Source: an uncultured Clostridia bacterium
GTDB lineage: Bacteria; Bacillota; Clostridia; Christensenellales; UBA1242
NCBI GenBank assembly: GCA_934757855.1
Contig: CAKVLR010000002.1
Coordinates: 361,397-425,396 of the forward strand
Length of the DNA stretch: 64,000 bases
Direction: 5' to 3'
Made by a program: the position numbers and the translations under genes. This document shows, piece after piece, positions 26,649-37,153 of the stretch (position 1 is its first letter; the number at the start of each line of letters is the position of its first letter). The notes below the pieces were generated by a model that did not search any database, was not told the origin of the DNA, and saw only the letters and a list, made by a program, of their open reading frames with translations.

Positions 26649-28235
26649 ATGAGTAAACAAAAAATTTTATTTTCTTATATAAAGGATAGCGAATATATAG
26701 ATTTAGTTGCCGACAGATTAGCGCAAGATTATGCTGAAAACTATACGATAAACAAACTCGATTTAGCGACAGAAGTAAACGCTAGTGCGCCTAAAAAATG
26801 GGCAACCTTTGTAGGCAACCTTAGTAAAAAGCAAAACGCAATGTGTGGCACAAGCAAGTTTTTATATAGTAGTTGTTTTTATATAAAATCTAAAAAACGA
26901 ATGAGATTTGTTTACCGAAAATTCTATAAAAAATATGTAGAAAATACAATCAAAATTTACCAGAATTTCGCCCCAGATATTATATTTAGTACGCATTATT
27001 TCACTTCATTTTGCGCACTAGAATATAAGCAAAAATTCAATCAAAATGTAAAGATTATTACCTATTGTGCAGATAAAAATGTCAACAAACTTTGGGACAA
27101 CCGCGTGCAGTTGTTTTTGGTAAATAACAAGCAGGCGTGGATTCAAGCAATCGGCAAGCGCGGATTTTGCCCAGCGTGTGTCGAAAATATTTGCGGGGGC
27201 GAGAGCGAAAAGTTTATTTTTGATGAAAACGCCATAGAGGTAAAGCAAAAGCCATACGAAATTGCCGAAAAACTTGCAAAGCAAATCACCGCGCAAGCGG
27301 ATAGGCAAGAGATATGCGTAACCGATGATTTGTACAAAAATATGCTATACGAACTCGCACTTGCGGGCAAGTTTAATAAACTCACAACTCCTACAAATTA
27401 CCAAACAGCCTTAAACCCTAAAAAATACAATTACTTCAAAAAACGCGGATTTTTCTTTAAGTGCTGGCGAGGGATATTAAAAGGCATAATCAAAATTTTG
27501 GGTCCAGTGCTAGATTTCTTTGCTTTTGGGTTAAAAATTGAGGGTCGCGAAAATCTAAAAGGTATCAAAAGCGCGGTGACATTTAGCAATCATATTCATT
27601 ATGTCGATGCATTGTGGAATTTGCAAGCACTGACACACAAAAAGAATGTCTATATCACGGGCGGTCCGCACAATATGAAAAAGGGTTTCAACGGTGAATG
27701 TTTGCTTGCGGGTGGATTTTTGCCGTTGCCAACCAACCTAAATCAAACCAAAGAATTTGATAAACTTATGGCGCAAATTGTCAAAAATGGCGGTTTTGTG
27801 CATTTTTACGCAGAGCAGTCGTTGTGGTTTCGCTATGAGCAGTCTAGGCCACTCAAAAAGGGCGCGTTTCACTATGCTAGTAAAAATAATGTGCCAGTTG
27901 TGCCTATCGTAATCCTTTTTAAAGAAAGCAAATTCCGCCGTAAGAAAAAAGTTATATTGAAAATTTGCAAGCCAATTTATCCAGATAAAAATCTTTCACA
28001 ACGCGAAAATTGCGAAATGATGCAAAAAATAGGTCAACAAGTTTACGACAAAACAATTATAGACTTTTATGGTTACGATGCGGAAACTTACGTGCACAAC
28101 AAGATAAATTTACCAAAAACGCAAAATATTATTAAATTTGAAAATAAATTAAATAATGAAAAAATCAGCGAAAATCAATCACTAAATACGCAAAAAAATG
28201 AAAGCGCAAAACAATCTAAATCAAATATATCGTAA
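26649..28235 (+). CDS. two-domain lipid-metabolism protein; C-terminal lysophospholipid acyltransferase (PlsC-like)
   Basis: HX4D motif SNHIHYVDAL; the N-terminal ~250 aa resemble a glycosyltransferase N-domain (weak). Confidence 0.65.
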   Translation: MSKQKILFSYIKDSEYIDLVADRLAQDYAENYTINKLDLATEVNASAPKKWATFVGNLSKKQNAMCGTSKFLYSSCFYIKSKKRMRFVYRKFYKKYVENTIKIYQNFAPDIIFSTHYFTSFCALEYKQKFNQNVKIITYCADKNVNKLWDNRVQLFLVNNKQAWIQAIGKRGFCPACVENICGGESEKFIFDENAIEVKQKPYEIAEKLAKQITAQADRQEICVTDDLYKNMLYELALAGKFNKLTTPTNYQTALNPKKYNYFKKRGFFFKCWRGILKGIIKILGPVLDFFAFGLKIEGRENLKGIKSAVTFSNHIHYVDALWNLQALTHKKNVYITGGPHNMKKGFNGECLLAGGFLPLPTNLNQTKEFDKLMAQIVKNGGFVHFYAEQSLWFRYEQSRPLKKGAFHYASKNNVPVVPIVILFKESKFRRKKKVILKICKPIYPDKNLSQRENCEMMQKIGQQVYDKTIIDFYGYDAETYVHNKINLPKTQNIIKFENKLNNEKISENQSLNTQKNESAKQSKSNIS

Positions 28236-28273
28236 AAGAAAATCTCACTAGTAATACTAATGAGATTTTATAT

Positions 28274-29587
28274 TTATTTTTCATTTTTTAAGTTTTTTAC
28301 AACTGCTTTTGATTTTTTCGCCTCAGCTACTTTTTCCTTTTTGGCTTCTTTTGTCTTTTGTTTTTTAGCAGTCTTTTCATCTACCGCTTTATTTTCTTTG
28401 GTCGCTTTTTGTTGTTCAGGCGCGCTTTCTTGTTTTTGTTGTGCAATTTTTTTAGCTGGCTTTTGCTCTACTTCCATTTCAGTAATTTCCTTTTTCTTGC
28501 GCTTTGGAGCAATTTCTAATTCAATTTCAGCACTAGCGGTTTTTGCTTGATTTTTCGCTACTTTTTGAGGCACGATTTGGTCTTTTTTGGCACCCTCAAT
28601 CGCGCGTTTAAGTTCTTCTTTTTCGTGCGCCAAACGCTTTTTCTTTTCCTCTTCCGTTTCTGGCGCTTTTTCTTTTGCCTTAGGCTCTTTTTCTAGTGTT
28701 TTTGCAGATTTTTCTTGCTTTAATTGTTGTTTCAATTCTTTCGCTTTTGCCTTGTTTTCAGCCTTTTCTGCTTGTTCTTTTCGCTTTTTCAAATTTTCAA
28801 TTTCTTGCTTCTTTTCACGCTCTAATCTAGCGATTTCAGCATTGCGCTTGTTTTCTACCTTCGCCTCTTTGCGGTCTTGTTTTTCTTTTAACTTTCTAAT
28901 TTTTGCCAAAAGTTTTTGCTCGGCTTTTTTGCGTTGTTCGAGGCTCACAGTCTCGACAGGTCTTATATTATTTTTATCAGTAACATTTGCACCGATTACG
29001 CTATCAAGGTTGCCTAATTCTTTGTTTAATACCTTGCGTTGCAAATCTTCTTCATATTCCACAGCGTGGGCTTGCGCGCGCAATTCAGATTTGTCTAAAT
29101 TTGGATTTTCGTTTTGCTCTTTGCGTGCCTTTTCGATTGCCTTCGCTTGCGCACTCTTTGGTGCATCTTTATAAACCTCAGTAGATTTTGAAATCTCAGC
29201 ATTTACTACATCGCGAAATTGCTCGCGGTTGGCAGGGGACACATACACAGATTTAATTTTTTCATTTTCCATATATCTAATCATTATGCGTTGGTGACTT
29301 AAAGCAAACGAAGGGCAAACGCTCTCGGCATCGGTCATTGAGATAATGTTTTGGTACTCAATCGACTTGCCGAAAATTCCACAATAAATGCATAATTCGT
29401 TGCGTGTGATTTCGTAATAAGTGCAGAAATACACGGGCGCAAAACCGATTAGTAAAATCGCTGTTAGAGTGATTGCGGGCCACCAAACGCCAGTGATAAC
29501 CCACACAACAAACATTGCCAAAGTGACAATGCTAAACATTACGAGGCTGATAAACAACCCATCACCAATTTTAGACTTAAATTTCAT
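28274..29587 (-). CDS. membrane protein with a bacterial PH-like domain and a long K/E-rich tail
   Basis: Two N-terminal TM helices, then a YdbS/DUF304-like segment, then ~300 aa of lysine/glutamate-rich low complexity. Confidence 0.6.
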   Translation of the reverse strand: MKFKSKIGDGLFISLVMFSIVTLAMFVVWVITGVWWPAITLTAILLIGFAPVYFCTYYEITRNELCIYCGIFGKSIEYQNIISMTDAESVCPSFALSHQRIMIRYMENEKIKSVYVSPANREQFRDVVNAEISKSTEVYKDAPKSAQAKAIEKARKEQNENPNLDKSELRAQAHAVEYEEDLQRKVLNKELGNLDSVIGANVTDKNNIRPVETVSLEQRKKAEQKLLAKIRKLKEKQDRKEAKVENKRNAEIARLEREKKQEIENLKKRKEQAEKAENKAKAKELKQQLKQEKSAKTLEKEPKAKEKAPETEEEKKKRLAHEKEELKRAIEGAKKDQIVPQKVAKNQAKTASAEIELEIAPKRKKKEITEMEVEQKPAKKIAQQKQESAPEQQKATKENKAVDEKTAKKQKTKEAKKEKVAEAKKSKAVVKNLKNEK

Positions 29588-29740
29588 AGAATTGCCTCCT
29601 ATTTTCTATGCCTTTATATTATTTTACAAAATCAGCAAAAAAATGTAAAGCAAAATAAAAAGAAAAAACGAAAATACGAAAAAAATACACAAAAAATGCA
29701 CCTTTAAGCAAAAGTGCATTAAATTTCAATTTTTTAAATG

Positions 29741-29992
29741 TTAAAATTTGTCGGTCGATACTTGCTCGTTTCTATTGAGTAAGTAGATTGCGCCCTGCAA
29801 ACATAGAGCCACGATGAGCCAAATTGCAGAAATTAAAACTAAAACATACACAATGATAGAACCAGCGTTTAGACCGCCAAAAATCCATTCTACAAGGTTA
29901 AAGTTAAAGATACCCACAAGACCCCAGTTGATACCGCCTAGTAACAAAATAATAAAGGCAATCCAGTTTGGAATAATTAAATTCATTTTCAT
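29741..29992 (-). CDS. DUF378-family small membrane protein
   Basis: IAFIILLLGGINWGLVGIFNFNLV motif; start set at the ATG preceded by AAGGAGGTGG. Confidence 0.7.
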   Translation of the reverse strand: MKMNLIIPNWIAFIILLLGGINWGLVGIFNFNLVEWIFGGLNAGSIIVYVLVLISAIWLIVALCLQGAIYLLNRNEQVSTDKF

Positions 29993-30103
29993 ACTTTCCA
30001 CCTCCTTTGAGATTATTTTGAGCAAATTTAATAAAAATATTTGTAAAAATAATATAAAAAATTTATAAAAAAATGGTAAAAAATAATATTTTGAACAAAA
30101 AAA

Positions 30104-30358
30104 TTAATTTTTCAAAATATCAGCGATTTTGCCTTTTATATACAACCCGTCTTTGCTAAGCCTTTGAATGGTTAGATTTTCGCCAGTGATTGCGTAATTT
30201 TTTTCGCCAATGATTATGCAAATTTTTACGCTAGAAATTTGCGAAATTGATAGATTGCCTTGAATATATACGCCATTTCCGCCATAGTTTAATATAGAAA
30301 AATTATTTTTGCTTGTTCCGCTCAAACCTAGATTTTTGATAATTTCATCTACAAACAT
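30104..30358 (-). CDS. YabP/YqfC-family protein
   Basis: Pattern ..ITGENLTIQRLSKDGLYIKGKIADI matches the YabP-family G.NL.I..L....G.L.I.G.I core; divergent from yqfD. Confidence 0.45.
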   Translation of the reverse strand: MFVDEIIKNLGLSGTSKNNFSILNYGGNGVYIQGNLSISQISSVKICIIIGEKNYAITGENLTIQRLSKDGLYIKGKIADILKN

Positions 30359-30430
30359 TTTTGCACCTTTTTTTACTATTCTATTTTTTTTAAATCAATA
30401 ATATGATATAAAAGGGAAAAGGAGGTGGTT

Positions 30431-31552
30431 ATGAAATTTTGCACGAATTTTTTGTCGGGCAGTGTAGAGTTAAAAATCAAAGGCGCAAATTTTGCAAACC
30501 TCCTAAATACAATCACGCGCGAAGAAATGTTGGTACAAAATGTATCAAAAATTGATGATACCACTATGCTACTCAAAATTCGCAAAAATTACCTTGCTAG
30601 ATTAATTGCAATATTAAATAATAAATGCTATAATTACACCATAACACGCAAAACTGGGCTTTTCCAAAATATAGGTATCGGCTTGGTCGTGGGGCTAGTT
30701 TTTTGCGGTATCGCGCTTGCAATTTTGTCTAATTTCTGCTTTGGGGTAAAAATCAATAGCGACAATGTAGTATTAGTAAAAAAAGTAGAGAAAGTGTTAT
30801 CGACCCACGATTTCTGTGTGGGTAAAATGTGGGGTAGCGTAAATTTTGAGCAAATTGAGGCAACTCTTAGGCAAGAAATTGAAGATTTAAGTTTGGTAAA
30901 TGTCACTAGAAACGGCGCGTATCTTTTTGTCAATTTTTCTAGCGCAACCCTGCCTATAACTATTGAACAAGAAAATCAGCAGGGCATTTTTTCAAATGTA
31001 AATGGCGTAATCTCGCGCGTGTTTGTGAGTAAAGGTACGGCACTCGTGGGACCAGGCGACACGGTTTCAGTAGGGCAAATGTTGATTGCTCCGTATTTTT
31101 TAGATGAAAATGAGGAGCAAGTCGCGTGTAGTGCAAAAGGGGCAGTTTTTGTCTATGTTTGGCAATCGCAAACGGTCGAGTTTAGTGAAAATTCAATCGA
31201 ATACGCGCGCACTGGCAAAACGCAAGTCAACCAAAAAGTGATGTTTGGTAACGACATTTTATCGAGTAAAGAAAACAAAATTTCTTTTGAAACATACGAA
31301 ACAGAGGAAAAAACAAAATATTTATCAAATATTTTACCTATAAAATGTATCTACACTGTTTTTTACGAAACCACACCCATAACCGTTACCAAAAAATTTG
31401 CCGATGAAGAAACGGTACTTATTTACGAAGCGAAGCAAAAAGCCCTAAAAAGTGTAAACGAAAACGAAATACTAGAAGAAAAGCATACTGTATCGCAAAT
31501 TGGAGAAAAATATTATATAACATATTATCTCAAATTGGAGGTACAAGTTTAA
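30431..31552 (+). CDS. yqfD: YqfD-like (stage IV sporulation protein family) membrane protein
   Basis: N-terminal VELKIKGANFANLLNTI...RKNYLARL, a central TM, and length typical of YqfD; GGAGG 5 nt before ATG 30431. Confidence 0.6.
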   Translation: MKFCTNFLSGSVELKIKGANFANLLNTITREEMLVQNVSKIDDTTMLLKIRKNYLARLIAILNNKCYNYTITRKTGLFQNIGIGLVVGLVFCGIALAILSNFCFGVKINSDNVVLVKKVEKVLSTHDFCVGKMWGSVNFEQIEATLRQEIEDLSLVNVTRNGAYLFVNFSSATLPITIEQENQQGIFSNVNGVISRVFVSKGTALVGPGDTVSVGQMLIAPYFLDENEEQVACSAKGAVFVYVWQSQTVEFSENSIEYARTGKTQVNQKVMFGNDILSSKENKISFETYETEEKTKYLSNILPIKCIYTVFYETTPITVTKKFADEETVLIYEAKQKALKSVNENEILEEKHTVSQIGEKYYITYYLKLEVQV

Positions 31553-31561
31553 GGAGTAAAA

Positions 31562-32056
31562 ATGGAAGTAATTTTAACCAACAAGACCAAATATATTTTG
31601 CCAAATGCAAAAATTTTAAAAAAAATAGCAAAAAGTGTATTAAAACACGAGGGCTACAAGCCAAACAAGGTGGTAGTGGGTGTATTTTATGTGGGCGAAG
31701 ATGAAATTCACCAAATCAACAAAGAATACCGCAAAAAAGACAAGCCGACTGATGTCATCACTTTCCGTTTAGTTGACAATCCAGAAAAATTGCAGTTTAC
31801 AAAAGCAAATTTTGAGTTCGACTACGATGAGGGTATGAAAGGGATTTATATCGGTGAAATCTTTATTTGTGCAGAAGTTGCGGAAGCGCAGTCGCACGAA
31901 TGGGGACATTCTACAAATCGCGAAGTTGCCGAACTTTTTGTGCACGGAATGTTGCATATTTTGGGACACGACCACGAGGAAGAGCAAGAGCGCAAAATTA
32001 TGAAAGACTGTGAGTTGGTAGAAACAAAACTTTTGGATAAATTGATAAAAAATTAA
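31562..32056 (+). CDS. ybeY: rRNA maturation endoribonuclease YbeY
   Basis: Zinc motif HGMLHILGHDH. Confidence 0.92.
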   Translation: MEVILTNKTKYILPNAKILKKIAKSVLKHEGYKPNKVVVGVFYVGEDEIHQINKEYRKKDKPTDVITFRLVDNPEKLQFTKANFEFDYDEGMKGIYIGEIFICAEVAEAQSHEWGHSTNREVAELFVHGMLHILGHDHEEEQERKIMKDCELVETKLLDKLIKN

Positions 32057-32073
32057 TATTTTAGGTGCTTTTT

Positions 32074-32457
32074 ATGGATAAAATCGTTATAGACAAGTTG
32101 ATTGAGAAAGCAAAGCAGGCGGGTGAGCGTGCTTATTGCCCGTGTAGTGAAATGCCAGTCGGCGCGTGTGTGCTGACCCGTAGCGGTATGATTTTTACTG
32201 GGTGCAATATCGAAACAACCGCACTTGCGGGCAGTATCGGCGCTATGGAAGTGGCTATCGCAAAGGCAATCAGTGAGGGTGAAAGCAATATCATCGCGAT
32301 TGCAAGTTATTGCTCAGAGAAAATGATTTTTCCTACGGGTAATGAGCGCCAGTTTTTGCGCGAGTTTACCGAAAGAGCAGAGATAATTTGCGCCACACAA
32401 GATAAAATAGAAACATTTAAAATTCAAGAATTGTTGCCGTTTTCGATGAACGATTAA
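32074..32457 (+). CDS. cytidine deaminase-fold protein with degenerate active site
   Basis: Aligns with Cdd (AY.P.S...VGA...GCNIE...SEG), but CAE is replaced by GAM and PCGxCRQ by PTGNERQ. Confidence 0.7.
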   Translation: MDKIVIDKLIEKAKQAGERAYCPCSEMPVGACVLTRSGMIFTGCNIETTALAGSIGAMEVAIAKAISEGESNIIAIASYCSEKMIFPTGNERQFLREFTERAEIICATQDKIETFKIQELLPFSMND

Positions 32458-32480
32458 ACAAGTTTTTATTTTTTAAAAAG

Positions 32481-32497
32481 TTATCCACTTTTCCACA
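32481..32497. promoter_or_regulatory. two adjacent DnaA-box-like 9-mers (TTATCCACT, TTTTCCACA)
   Basis: Read directly; 1 mismatch each to TTATCCACA. Confidence 0.4.
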
Positions 32498-32588
32498 ATG
32501 GTAAATTTGAGAAAATTCTTGTATTTTGTCATTTAATATACAAAAAATAGGCACTTAACTACTAAAATTAGCGGTTAAGTGCCTAAAT

Positions 32589-32861
32589 TTATTTAATTTT
32601 ACGAATTATGCTTTTTGCTGATTTGATAGGAATAGGGGAAATTTGTGCGGATAAATTGCGCTCTATTTTGAGTATTTTGGCAGTGCAAGTTTCATTTTTT
32701 AACCCCACAGGCACTAGTACCAAATCGCTAATTTTTAAATCTAAAATATCAAAAATATACCAGCGTATTGCACCTGCAAGAGAGCCGCCCAAAATCTCCA
32801 CTTTTGCGAAATCAGCCATTGCCAAATCGCGTATTTTTCCGCCCGCAAGGGAGTGAATCAT
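32589..32861 (-). CDS. hypothetical protein (90 aa)
   Basis: ORF only; no confident motif. Confidence 0.4.
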   Translation of the reverse strand: MIHSLAGGKIRDLAMADFAKVEILGGSLAGAIRWYIFDILDLKISDLVLVPVGLKNETCTAKILKIERNLSAQISPIPIKSAKSIIRKIK

Positions 32862-32875
32862 ATTTTGCCTCCGTT

Positions 32876-34705
32876 TTATTCTTCCGCTTCTTCAAACTGG
32901 CTGTTGTACAAATCTGCATAAAAACCATTTTGCGCCAGCAATTCTTCGTGAGTGCCTTTTTCCACAATATCACCATCACGCATTACGAGTATTAGGTCAC
33001 TATTTTTGATTGTAGATAGTCGGTGCGCAATTACAAAAGAAGTACGATTTTGTGTTAGTTTATCCATTGCTTGTTGAATTAATACCTCTGTGCGAGTGTC
33101 AACCGAACTTGTTGCTTCGTCGAGTATAAGCATAGGACTGTTTTGCACCATTGCGCGCGCAATAGTGATGAGTTGTCGCTGACCCGCGGAAATTGTAGTA
33201 TTTTCATCTAATAGTGTGTCATAGCCGTGAGGTAGTGTTCGTACAAAATGGTCTAGCCCGCACGCTTTGCTAGCCTCCACAACTTGCTCTAAGGTAACGC
33301 CTTGCTTGTCATAAGCGATATTTTCCTTAATTGTTCCATTAAATATCCAAGTATCTTGCAATACCATTGAAAATAATTCGTGTACATTTTCGCGTTTCAT
33401 ATCTTGCGTGTTTACACCATCAATAGTGATTGTACCGCTATCTACATCGTAAAAGCGCATAAGTAAGTTTACGAGAGTTGTTTTACCAGCACCCGTTGGA
33501 CCAACGATTGCCACTTTTTGACCCGCCTTGATTGAGGCAGAAAAATCTTTTATAACAGGCTTTTCAGGATTATAGCCAAAACGAATATGACTAAATTCTA
33601 CATCGCCTTTGACATTTTCAATTTTGGCAGTCTTGTGCGACTCATCAGCCATTTCTTTTTCTTCCAAAAATTCAAATACGCGTTCGCAACCAGCGCTAGC
33701 CGATTGAAGGCTAGTAAACGCTTGCGCCATTTGAGATAGTGGTTGAGTAAATAAGCGTACATAAATGATAAATGCAGAAATTACACCAAAACTAACCGTT
33801 CCGTTTACTGCTAGCACCGCGCCGACTACACACACAGCCACATAACCAAAGTTACCGATAAACATCATTATAGGCATCATAAGCCCAGATAAAAACTGAC
33901 TTTTCCACGCACTTTTGTAAAGTTCTGTGTTGTGCTTGTCAAAAGTTTCTTTGGCTTGTCTCTCGCCATTATATGCTTTTACTACATTGTGGCCAGAGAA
34001 AATTTCCTCAATATGTCCGTTCATTTTACCTAGACTTTGTTGTTGTTGAACAAAGTACTTTTGCGACTTAGACATTATGACGCCCATAATCACAAAACCA
34101 AGCAAACTTGCACCTATTGCCGTAAGCGCCATAATCCAGTTAGTGACAAACATCATAATGATTGAGCCGACAAACAAAGTTATCGCAGACACTAGGGTAG
34201 AGAGGCTGTTATTTAATGTTTGCCCAATTAAATCTACATCGTTTGTGATTCGGCTCATCACATCGCCGTGTGAGCGTGAGTCAAGGTATTTTAGAGGCAA
34301 ACGATTGATTTTTTGAGTAATATCTCTACGCATTTTGCGCGAAACTTTGTTTGTAGCGGTCGCCATAATCAAGCCTTCGATTAGATTGCAAATTGCACCC
34401 GCCACATATATAATGATTAGAAACAGCCCAACTTCCCAGATTAAATCAAGGTTTGCATCGCGTGGCATAATGCCTTGAGTGAGGTCGCCCATAGCGTTGA
34501 TTAATTCATCAGTAATTTGTTTTACATAGTCAGGACCGATTACATTTAAAATAGCCCCCAACATAGCAAGCGCGCAGGCGATACCGATTGCCCACCAGTA
34601 GGATTTGCAATATTTGAGGAGTTTGCCGATTGATTTTTTAAAGTTTTTTGGCTTTTCGCCAACATTCATAGGACCGTGAGGCTTGTTAGATTTGTGGTTA
34701 CTCAT
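32876..34705 (-). CDS. ABC exporter, fused permease-ATPase (MsbA/LmrD-like)
   Basis: Six TM helices; Walker A GPTGAGKTT, signature ISAGQRQ, Walker B LILDEATS. Confidence 0.9.
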   Translation of the reverse strand: MSNHKSNKPHGPMNVGEKPKNFKKSIGKLLKYCKSYWWAIGIACALAMLGAILNVIGPDYVKQITDELINAMGDLTQGIMPRDANLDLIWEVGLFLIIIYVAGAICNLIEGLIMATATNKVSRKMRRDITQKINRLPLKYLDSRSHGDVMSRITNDVDLIGQTLNNSLSTLVSAITLFVGSIIMMFVTNWIMALTAIGASLLGFVIMGVIMSKSQKYFVQQQQSLGKMNGHIEEIFSGHNVVKAYNGERQAKETFDKHNTELYKSAWKSQFLSGLMMPIMMFIGNFGYVAVCVVGAVLAVNGTVSFGVISAFIIYVRLFTQPLSQMAQAFTSLQSASAGCERVFEFLEEKEMADESHKTAKIENVKGDVEFSHIRFGYNPEKPVIKDFSASIKAGQKVAIVGPTGAGKTTLVNLLMRFYDVDSGTITIDGVNTQDMKRENVHELFSMVLQDTWIFNGTIKENIAYDKQGVTLEQVVEASKACGLDHFVRTLPHGYDTLLDENTTISAGQRQLITIARAMVQNSPMLILDEATSSVDTRTEVLIQQAMDKLTQNRTSFVIAHRLSTIKNSDLILVMRDGDIVEKGTHEELLAQNGFYADLYNSQFEEAEE

Positions 34706-36455
34706 TTTCTAGTTCCTCCTTTGAAAGTTGTGAAAGCGCAATTTCTTGATAAACAGGGCAAGATTTGAGCAATTCTTCGTGCGTGTCACTGCCCACCATT
34801 TTACCATTGTCTAGTACAATAATTTTGTCCGCATCTTTGATAGTACCTATTCTTTGCGCCACAATCAAAACGGTTGCATCTTTGGTGTACTTTTTGAGTG
34901 CAGAGCGCAAATTGCGGTCAGTTTTGTAGTCAAGCGCAGAGAAAGTATCATCAAAAATGTAAATTTCAGGGTCGCGACAAATTGCCCGCGCAATAGAAAT
35001 TCGTTGCTTTTGCCCGCCCGATAGGTTTGTACCGCCTTGCGAAATAGGCGAGTAATATTGATTTTCTTTCTTTTCTACAAAATCTTTTGCTTGCGCCACT
35101 TCAACCGCAGTTTTTATGTTATCATCAGGTAGTTTTGCGTTGTTTTTGTCACCATAAGCCACATTGCTTGCGATAGTTCCGCTAAACAAGACCGCTTTTT
35201 GCGGAATGTAACCGATTTTGTCGTGTAACGCATCTAATTTGTAATCACGCACATTTACGCCATCAACGGTAATTTCACCAGCGGTTGCATCGTAAAAACG
35301 CGGTACAAGATTAATTAGTGTAGATTTACCGCTACCAGTTGAGCCGATAAACGCCACCGTTTCACCTTTTTTAGCGGTAAATGAAATATTTTCCAGCACA
35401 TTTTCCTCAGCATCTGGGTACTTAAATGATACATTGTCAAATACCACTTCGCCACTCTTTCCTTCTATACCAGAAATAATTGTGCCGTCCTTGATATTTT
35501 CAGGTGTATTCATTACTTCGTTTATACGCTTGCCCGCTGTAATTGCACGCGGTAGCATAACGAAAATCATTACTATCATCATAAATGCCATAATAATTTG
35601 GATTGCGTACGAGCAGTATTCCATCATATTACCGATAACGAGTGGCCGAGCGAGAACGGCTGTATCGTTAAAGATATACGCGCTGAGTATGTAGATTGCC
35701 AAAGTAACACCGCTCATAATGAGCGTAATAAATGGAAATAACACGCTCATCATTCTAGTCACAAACATATTTGTATTTGTAAGAGTATCGTTCGTTTTGT
35801 CGAATTTCTTTTGTTGATATTCCTCGGCATTGTATGCGCGTATTACACGCACGCCTTGCAAATTTTCACGCGCGCTCGCGTTTACATCATCGGTTTGCTT
35901 TTGTAATTTGCGAAATTTAGGGAAAGTCACCAAAATTGCTATCGCAAAGAAAATCAGCATAAGTACTACTGCAATCGCGATTGAGAGTGTCCACTCCCAG
36001 TGAGTATTTGAAATTTTGCAAATTGCCCAAATCGCAAGTATAGGGGCTTTGATGATTACTTGCAAGCCCATTGCAATAGTAAGTTGAATTTGCGTAATGT
36101 CGTTTGTGCAACGGGTGATAAGACTAGGAGTGCTAAACTTGTTGATTTCTTGCATCGAAAAGCCTTGCACTTTGCCAAAAATATTTGCGCGTACGCGGTT
36201 TGAAAAGCCCGCAGATATTCTTGACGCAAAGTAGCCCGTAAAGACAGCAAGCACCGCACTACCCAAAGCACACGCAAGCATTAATGCGCCGTTTGTCCAA
36301 ATTTCAGTCATATCGCCAGTAGTGGTCGCATATTGAATGACAAGATTTAAGTATTCAGGAAGTTTGAGGTCTAAGTAAACTTGCCCAACGACTAGCACGA
36401 TACAGCAAAACAACGACACATAATCCCATTTTTGCAAAAATCGTAAAATATTCAT
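34698..36455 (-). CDS. ABC exporter, fused permease-ATPase (partner subunit)
   Basis: Walker A GSTGSGKST, signature LSGGQKQR, Walker B IFDDTFS; overlaps the downstream partner by 8 nt. Confidence 0.9.
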   Translation of the reverse strand: MNILRFLQKWDYVSLFCCIVLVVGQVYLDLKLPEYLNLVIQYATTTGDMTEIWTNGALMLACALGSAVLAVFTGYFASRISAGFSNRVRANIFGKVQGFSMQEINKFSTPSLITRCTNDITQIQLTIAMGLQVIIKAPILAIWAICKISNTHWEWTLSIAIAVVLMLIFFAIAILVTFPKFRKLQKQTDDVNASARENLQGVRVIRAYNAEEYQQKKFDKTNDTLTNTNMFVTRMMSVLFPFITLIMSGVTLAIYILSAYIFNDTAVLARPLVIGNMMEYCSYAIQIIMAFMMIVMIFVMLPRAITAGKRINEVMNTPENIKDGTIISGIEGKSGEVVFDNVSFKYPDAEENVLENISFTAKKGETVAFIGSTGSGKSTLINLVPRFYDATAGEITVDGVNVRDYKLDALHDKIGYIPQKAVLFSGTIASNVAYGDKNNAKLPDDNIKTAVEVAQAKDFVEKKENQYYSPISQGGTNLSGGQKQRISIARAICRDPEIYIFDDTFSALDYKTDRNLRSALKKYTKDATVLIVAQRIGTIKDADKIIVLDNGKMVGSDTHEELLKSCPVYQEIALSQLSKEELENE

Positions 36456-36925
36456 AAAAATTCTCCTTTTTCTTTATTTGTACTATTTGTTTGGCTCAAA
36501 CTCTCCAAATTTTGCATCATTTTCTCCAAAATTAGACTAAAATGTGCCAATTCTTCATTTGATATGTTTTTAAGTGCTTCTTCTTCAAAATCGTGTAAAT
36601 CTTTTTCCACAATGTCGCTAAATCGTGCAGATTTTTTAGTCAATACCAGTTGTTTTAACCTTGCATCACTTGCTACATTTTCGCGAATAATCAAGCCCTG
36701 CTTTTCTAGATTACTGATTATTTGCGTAGCGGTCGAGCGCCTTATACAAAACTCTTTTTCAATGTCGCGTTGAAATACTGCTTTATCCGCATTTTCGTGT
36801 AAAAAACCCAGTACGCACAACTGCAAATGCGTGGGTGATTTGCTCACACAACGATACTTTTGCATCAAAGTGCGATGAATAAGATTTTCGATTTTTCTAA
36901 ACTCAAAAAAGACACTTTTTGGCAT
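36452..36925 (-). CDS. MarR-family transcriptional regulator
   Basis: Winged-HTH FQRDIEKEFCIRRSTATQIISNLEKQGLIIR. Its TGA stop overlaps the ATG of the ABC gene (ATGA). Confidence 0.85.
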   Translation of the reverse strand: MPKSVFFEFRKIENLIHRTLMQKYRCVSKSPTHLQLCVLGFLHENADKAVFQRDIEKEFCIRRSTATQIISNLEKQGLIIRENVASDARLKQLVLTKKSARFSDIVEKDLHDFEEEALKNISNEELAHFSLILEKMMQNLESLSQTNSTNKEKGEFL

Positions 36926-37153
36926 AATTGCTCCAAATTTGTTAGTATGCTAACAATTATATTCATTTAATTTTGAAAAGTCAAGATTTTGGTCACAAAT
37001 TTTTTGCTAATTTTGTAGAAATTAGTTACCACGAAACAAAAAATACCCTCAACAAAAATTGAAAGTATTTTATGTATGATTTTTATCATTTGCTACTTTG
37101 AAAATAGTGTTAGGTAAAACAAATTGATTGAATTTTTTATAATGCTAAAAGAT

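Noticed and set aside
28260-29184. ORFs 28260-28550, 28587-29174 and 28987-29184 on the plus strand
   Set aside because: These are shadow ORFs antisense to the K/E-rich gene 28274-29587. Their F/S/C-rich low-complexity translations are the complement of a Lys/Glu-rich frame, and they have no SD. The same applies to antisense ORFs inside the adhesins (for example 7708-7968, 8236-8424, 41266-42765, 43104-43682, 52661-55801) and inside cas9 (57527-57889, 58001-58423, 59924-60184).
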